Source: Bacteroidales bacterium
Lineage (GTDB): Bacteria > Bacteroidota > Bacteroidia > Bacteroidales > ML635J-15
Assembly: GCA_027858835.1 (NCBI GenBank)
Contig: JAQIBY010000040.1
Coordinates: 2,382 to 66,381 of the forward strand
Length of the DNA: 64,000 bases
Reading direction: 5' to 3'
This document shows positions 62,199-64,000 of the stretch, one piece after another. The first letter of the stretch is position 1. The number at the start of each line of letters is the position of its first letter. Position numbers and translations under genes: made by a program. The notes below the pieces were generated by a model. That model was not told where the DNA came from, ran no database searches, and worked only from the letters and a program-made list of their open reading frames with translations.

Positions 62199-63146
62199 TT
62201 AATTCTTTACCTCACGTAGGATATTCCCCTGCAAATATGCTTCGATATTTTCAAAAACAATCTTAATTCGCTTTTGCATCGCTTCATGGGTAGCATAGGC
62301 GATATGCGGCATAAGTAAACAATTAGGCGCATGCAATAACGGATGATTTTCAGGCAATGGTGGTTCCGTTTCATAAATATCAAATGCTGCTCCTGCAATT
62401 TGTTTTTCAACAAGTGCTATTTTTAAAGCCGGCATATCAACAACAAGACCGCGAGCACAATTTATCAATACTGATTCTGGTTTCATATACTTAAAGGCTG
62501 CATCACCGAACATCCCTTTGGTTTCATCCGTTAACGGGACATATAAGCTAATCACATCGGCTGTTTTAATGATTTCATCCAAATCAGCGTATTTCCAGTA
62601 TTCACCATCCGCTTGTCGGCGATTATAACCAAGCACTTTACAACCAAACCCACTAAAAATGCGAGCTGCAACCGTTCCGATTTGCCCTGTGCCGATTATT
62701 CCGACGGTTTTTCCGCTGAGTTCTGTTCCGATTAGCCCGTTTCGTCCTTTTAATTTCCGGGTTTGAACATCAGCAGCAGGGATCTCTCGGAGCAAACTCA
62801 AACATAATCCTACGGATAATTCCGCAACTGCCTCATTTGAATATCCTGCTGCATTACTGACTTTAATATTATGTGAATGACAATATTCCACATCAATATG
62901 GTCAGTTCCTGAAAATGCAGCAATCAGATATTTCAACTTTTCCCAAGACTCTATCAGTAATTTTGGTACTGAAATATTGCTAATTACAATAATATCAGCA
63001 TCGGCACCGCGGATTGCCAGTTCCCTCGGATCCTCATTTCGATCGGGATAAATGACAAGTTCATGCCCGGATTTTTTAAATTTCTCAACAAATTCAGCGG
63101 TTTGCCGAGGACTTATTTCAATTGGTTCTACAAATACAATTTTCAT
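62199..63146 (-). CDS. D-isomer-specific 2-hydroxyacid dehydrogenase family protein (phosphoglycerate/glycerate dehydrogenase-like)
   Basis: 315 aa. NAD-binding motif GIIGTGQIGTVAARIF, and catalytic contexts CARG and MPHIAYAT. Confidence 0.8.
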   Translation of the reverse strand: MKIVFVEPIEISPRQTAEFVEKFKKSGHELVIYPDRNEDPRELAIRGADADIIVISNISVPKLLIESWEKLKYLIAAFSGTDHIDVEYCHSHNIKVSNAAGYSNEAVAELSVGLCLSLLREIPAADVQTRKLKGRNGLIGTELSGKTVGIIGTGQIGTVAARIFSGFGCKVLGYNRRQADGEYWKYADLDEIIKTADVISLYVPLTDETKGMFGDAAFKYMKPESVLINCARGLVVDMPALKIALVEKQIAGAAFDIYETEPPLPENHPLLHAPNCLLMPHIAYATHEAMQKRIKIVFENIEAYLQGNILREVKN

Positions 63147-63151
63147 AAGAT

Positions 63152-63889
63152 TTAATTTATCTGTTCTTGAATTTTGGGAAGTATGCTGCCTGCTTTCCCC
63201 TGTAAAAACACATCACTGATGGAGTGTGTAAAACGACCCTCTTCAGTGTTAATTTCAATAATTTTTGCGCCCGCTTTTTTAGCAAGAAATGGAATATTAC
63301 TTGCTGGGATTACCTCCCCGCTTGTTCCGATAATAATAAACAAATCGGCTTTTCCGGCTTCTTTAACAGATTGCGATGCTGCAGGCTCTGGAATTTGTTC
63401 ACCGAAAAAAATAAAATCTGGCTTCAATAAACCACCGCAGGAAACACAGAGTGGAGCAGTATTCAATAGCTTTGTATCCTTTAACAGCTGATATTTTCCA
63501 CATTCAAGGCAAATAAATTGTCGTGAGTTTCCATGATATTCATAAACAGATTTACTGCCGGCTTCCTGATGCAAATTATCAATATTTTGAGTGATAATTG
63601 TTTGTAACAAGCCGCTTGCCTCCCACTCCGCCAATACCATGTGAGCAAAGTTTGGTTTTGCATTCCCGAAAAAATCAAAAAACAAACGCTTTATTACCGG
63701 CCAACTTTCTTCGCTCCCGTAGTAATAACGGTTTAGATCCAGTATCATAGGGTCATATTCCGACCACAGGCCATTATCTCCCCGGAAAGGAGGTATTCCG
63801 CTCTCTACAGATATCCCAGCACCGGTAAAAGCAACGGTATATCCGGAATTTCTGATTAATTCTACTGCTCTTTTAATACTTGTTTCCAA
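63152..63889 (-). CDS. cobB: NAD-dependent protein deacylase (Sir2/CobB family)
   Basis: 245 aa. GAGISVESGIPPFRG, TQNIDNLH, the zinc module CLECG...CVSCGG, and IIIGTSGEV. It ends 5 nt upstream of the dehydrogenase gene start. Confidence 0.85.
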   Translation of the reverse strand: METSIKRAVELIRNSGYTVAFTGAGISVESGIPPFRGDNGLWSEYDPMILDLNRYYYGSEESWPVIKRLFFDFFGNAKPNFAHMVLAEWEASGLLQTIITQNIDNLHQEAGSKSVYEYHGNSRQFICLECGKYQLLKDTKLLNTAPLCVSCGGLLKPDFIFFGEQIPEPAASQSVKEAGKADLFIIIGTSGEVIPASNIPFLAKKAGAKIIEINTEEGRFTHSISDVFLQGKAGSILPKIQEQIN

Positions 63890-64000
63890 TAATCTCAGAT
63901 TTAATTGTAAAAATAAGGATTCTTCATGAAACTGTCGGTCAGTTTTTCAGAAAACCATAGAAACTGCCATAATATCATTCGAATTTAGTCATGAACAGAC

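Noticed and set aside
63152-63889. The Sir2-domain protein as a possible anti-phage defence component (Thoeris/DSR-like)
   Set aside because: It is a compact 245-aa CobB-type sirtuin with an intact Zn module and NAD motifs. It has no fused effector or sensor domain and no partner defence genes. It is apparently co-transcribed with a 2-hydroxyacid dehydrogenase.
63890-64000. A possible partial gene at the right edge of the window
   Set aside because: Only very short frames are present: one of 20 codons from the ATG at 63926 on the plus strand and one of about 25 codons on the minus strand. Nothing is supportable.

Overview
This is an AT-rich chromosomal segment that looks like a Bacteroidota genome. 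The evidence is several T9SS cargo proteins with type-A and type-B C-terminal sorting domains, recurrent TAnnTTTG -7 promoter boxes 15-30 nt upstream of start codons, an ileS-dksA-lspA block, a divergent tamB/tsaD pair and a DUF1573 protein. I cannot assign a genus from sequence alone.

The window is dominated by housekeeping genes: ettA (partial), gmhA, comM/yifB, ileS, lspA, tsaD, trmH-like, hup, miaB, yebC, clpS, nfeD-floA, comF, purQ, DAHP synthase/chorismate mutase, fbp, rpsP, rimM and a cobB-like sirtuin. It also carries two ECF sigma/anti-sigma pairs, one TonB-dependent receptor, secreted peptidases (S8, M16) and two tRNAs (Ser-UGA, Glu-UUC). I saw no CRISPR array, transposase, integrase, rRNA or recognisable defence operon.

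The features I consider worth following up are:
1. An apparent operon with three phosphoglycerate-kinase modules: two complete PGK units fused in frame into one ORF, followed by a divergent third PGK-like gene.
2. Two tandem copies of a ~170-bp, hairpin-rich non-coding unit next to tRNA-Ser. Each ends in an inverted copy of the tRNA's own 3' flank module.
3. Three copies of a nested-palindrome MITE-like element. Its long central hairpin is maintained by compensatory substitutions, and two of the copies sit upstream of ECF sigma operons.
4. Smaller oddities: a C-rich/G-poor leader before clpS, a nucleoside-hydrolase/FmdE fusion, a Kv-type channel with a zinc ribbon, and miaB tightly coupled to an AhpD-like CxxC protein.

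All family calls come from motif recognition by eye on the supplied translations. No database search was run.
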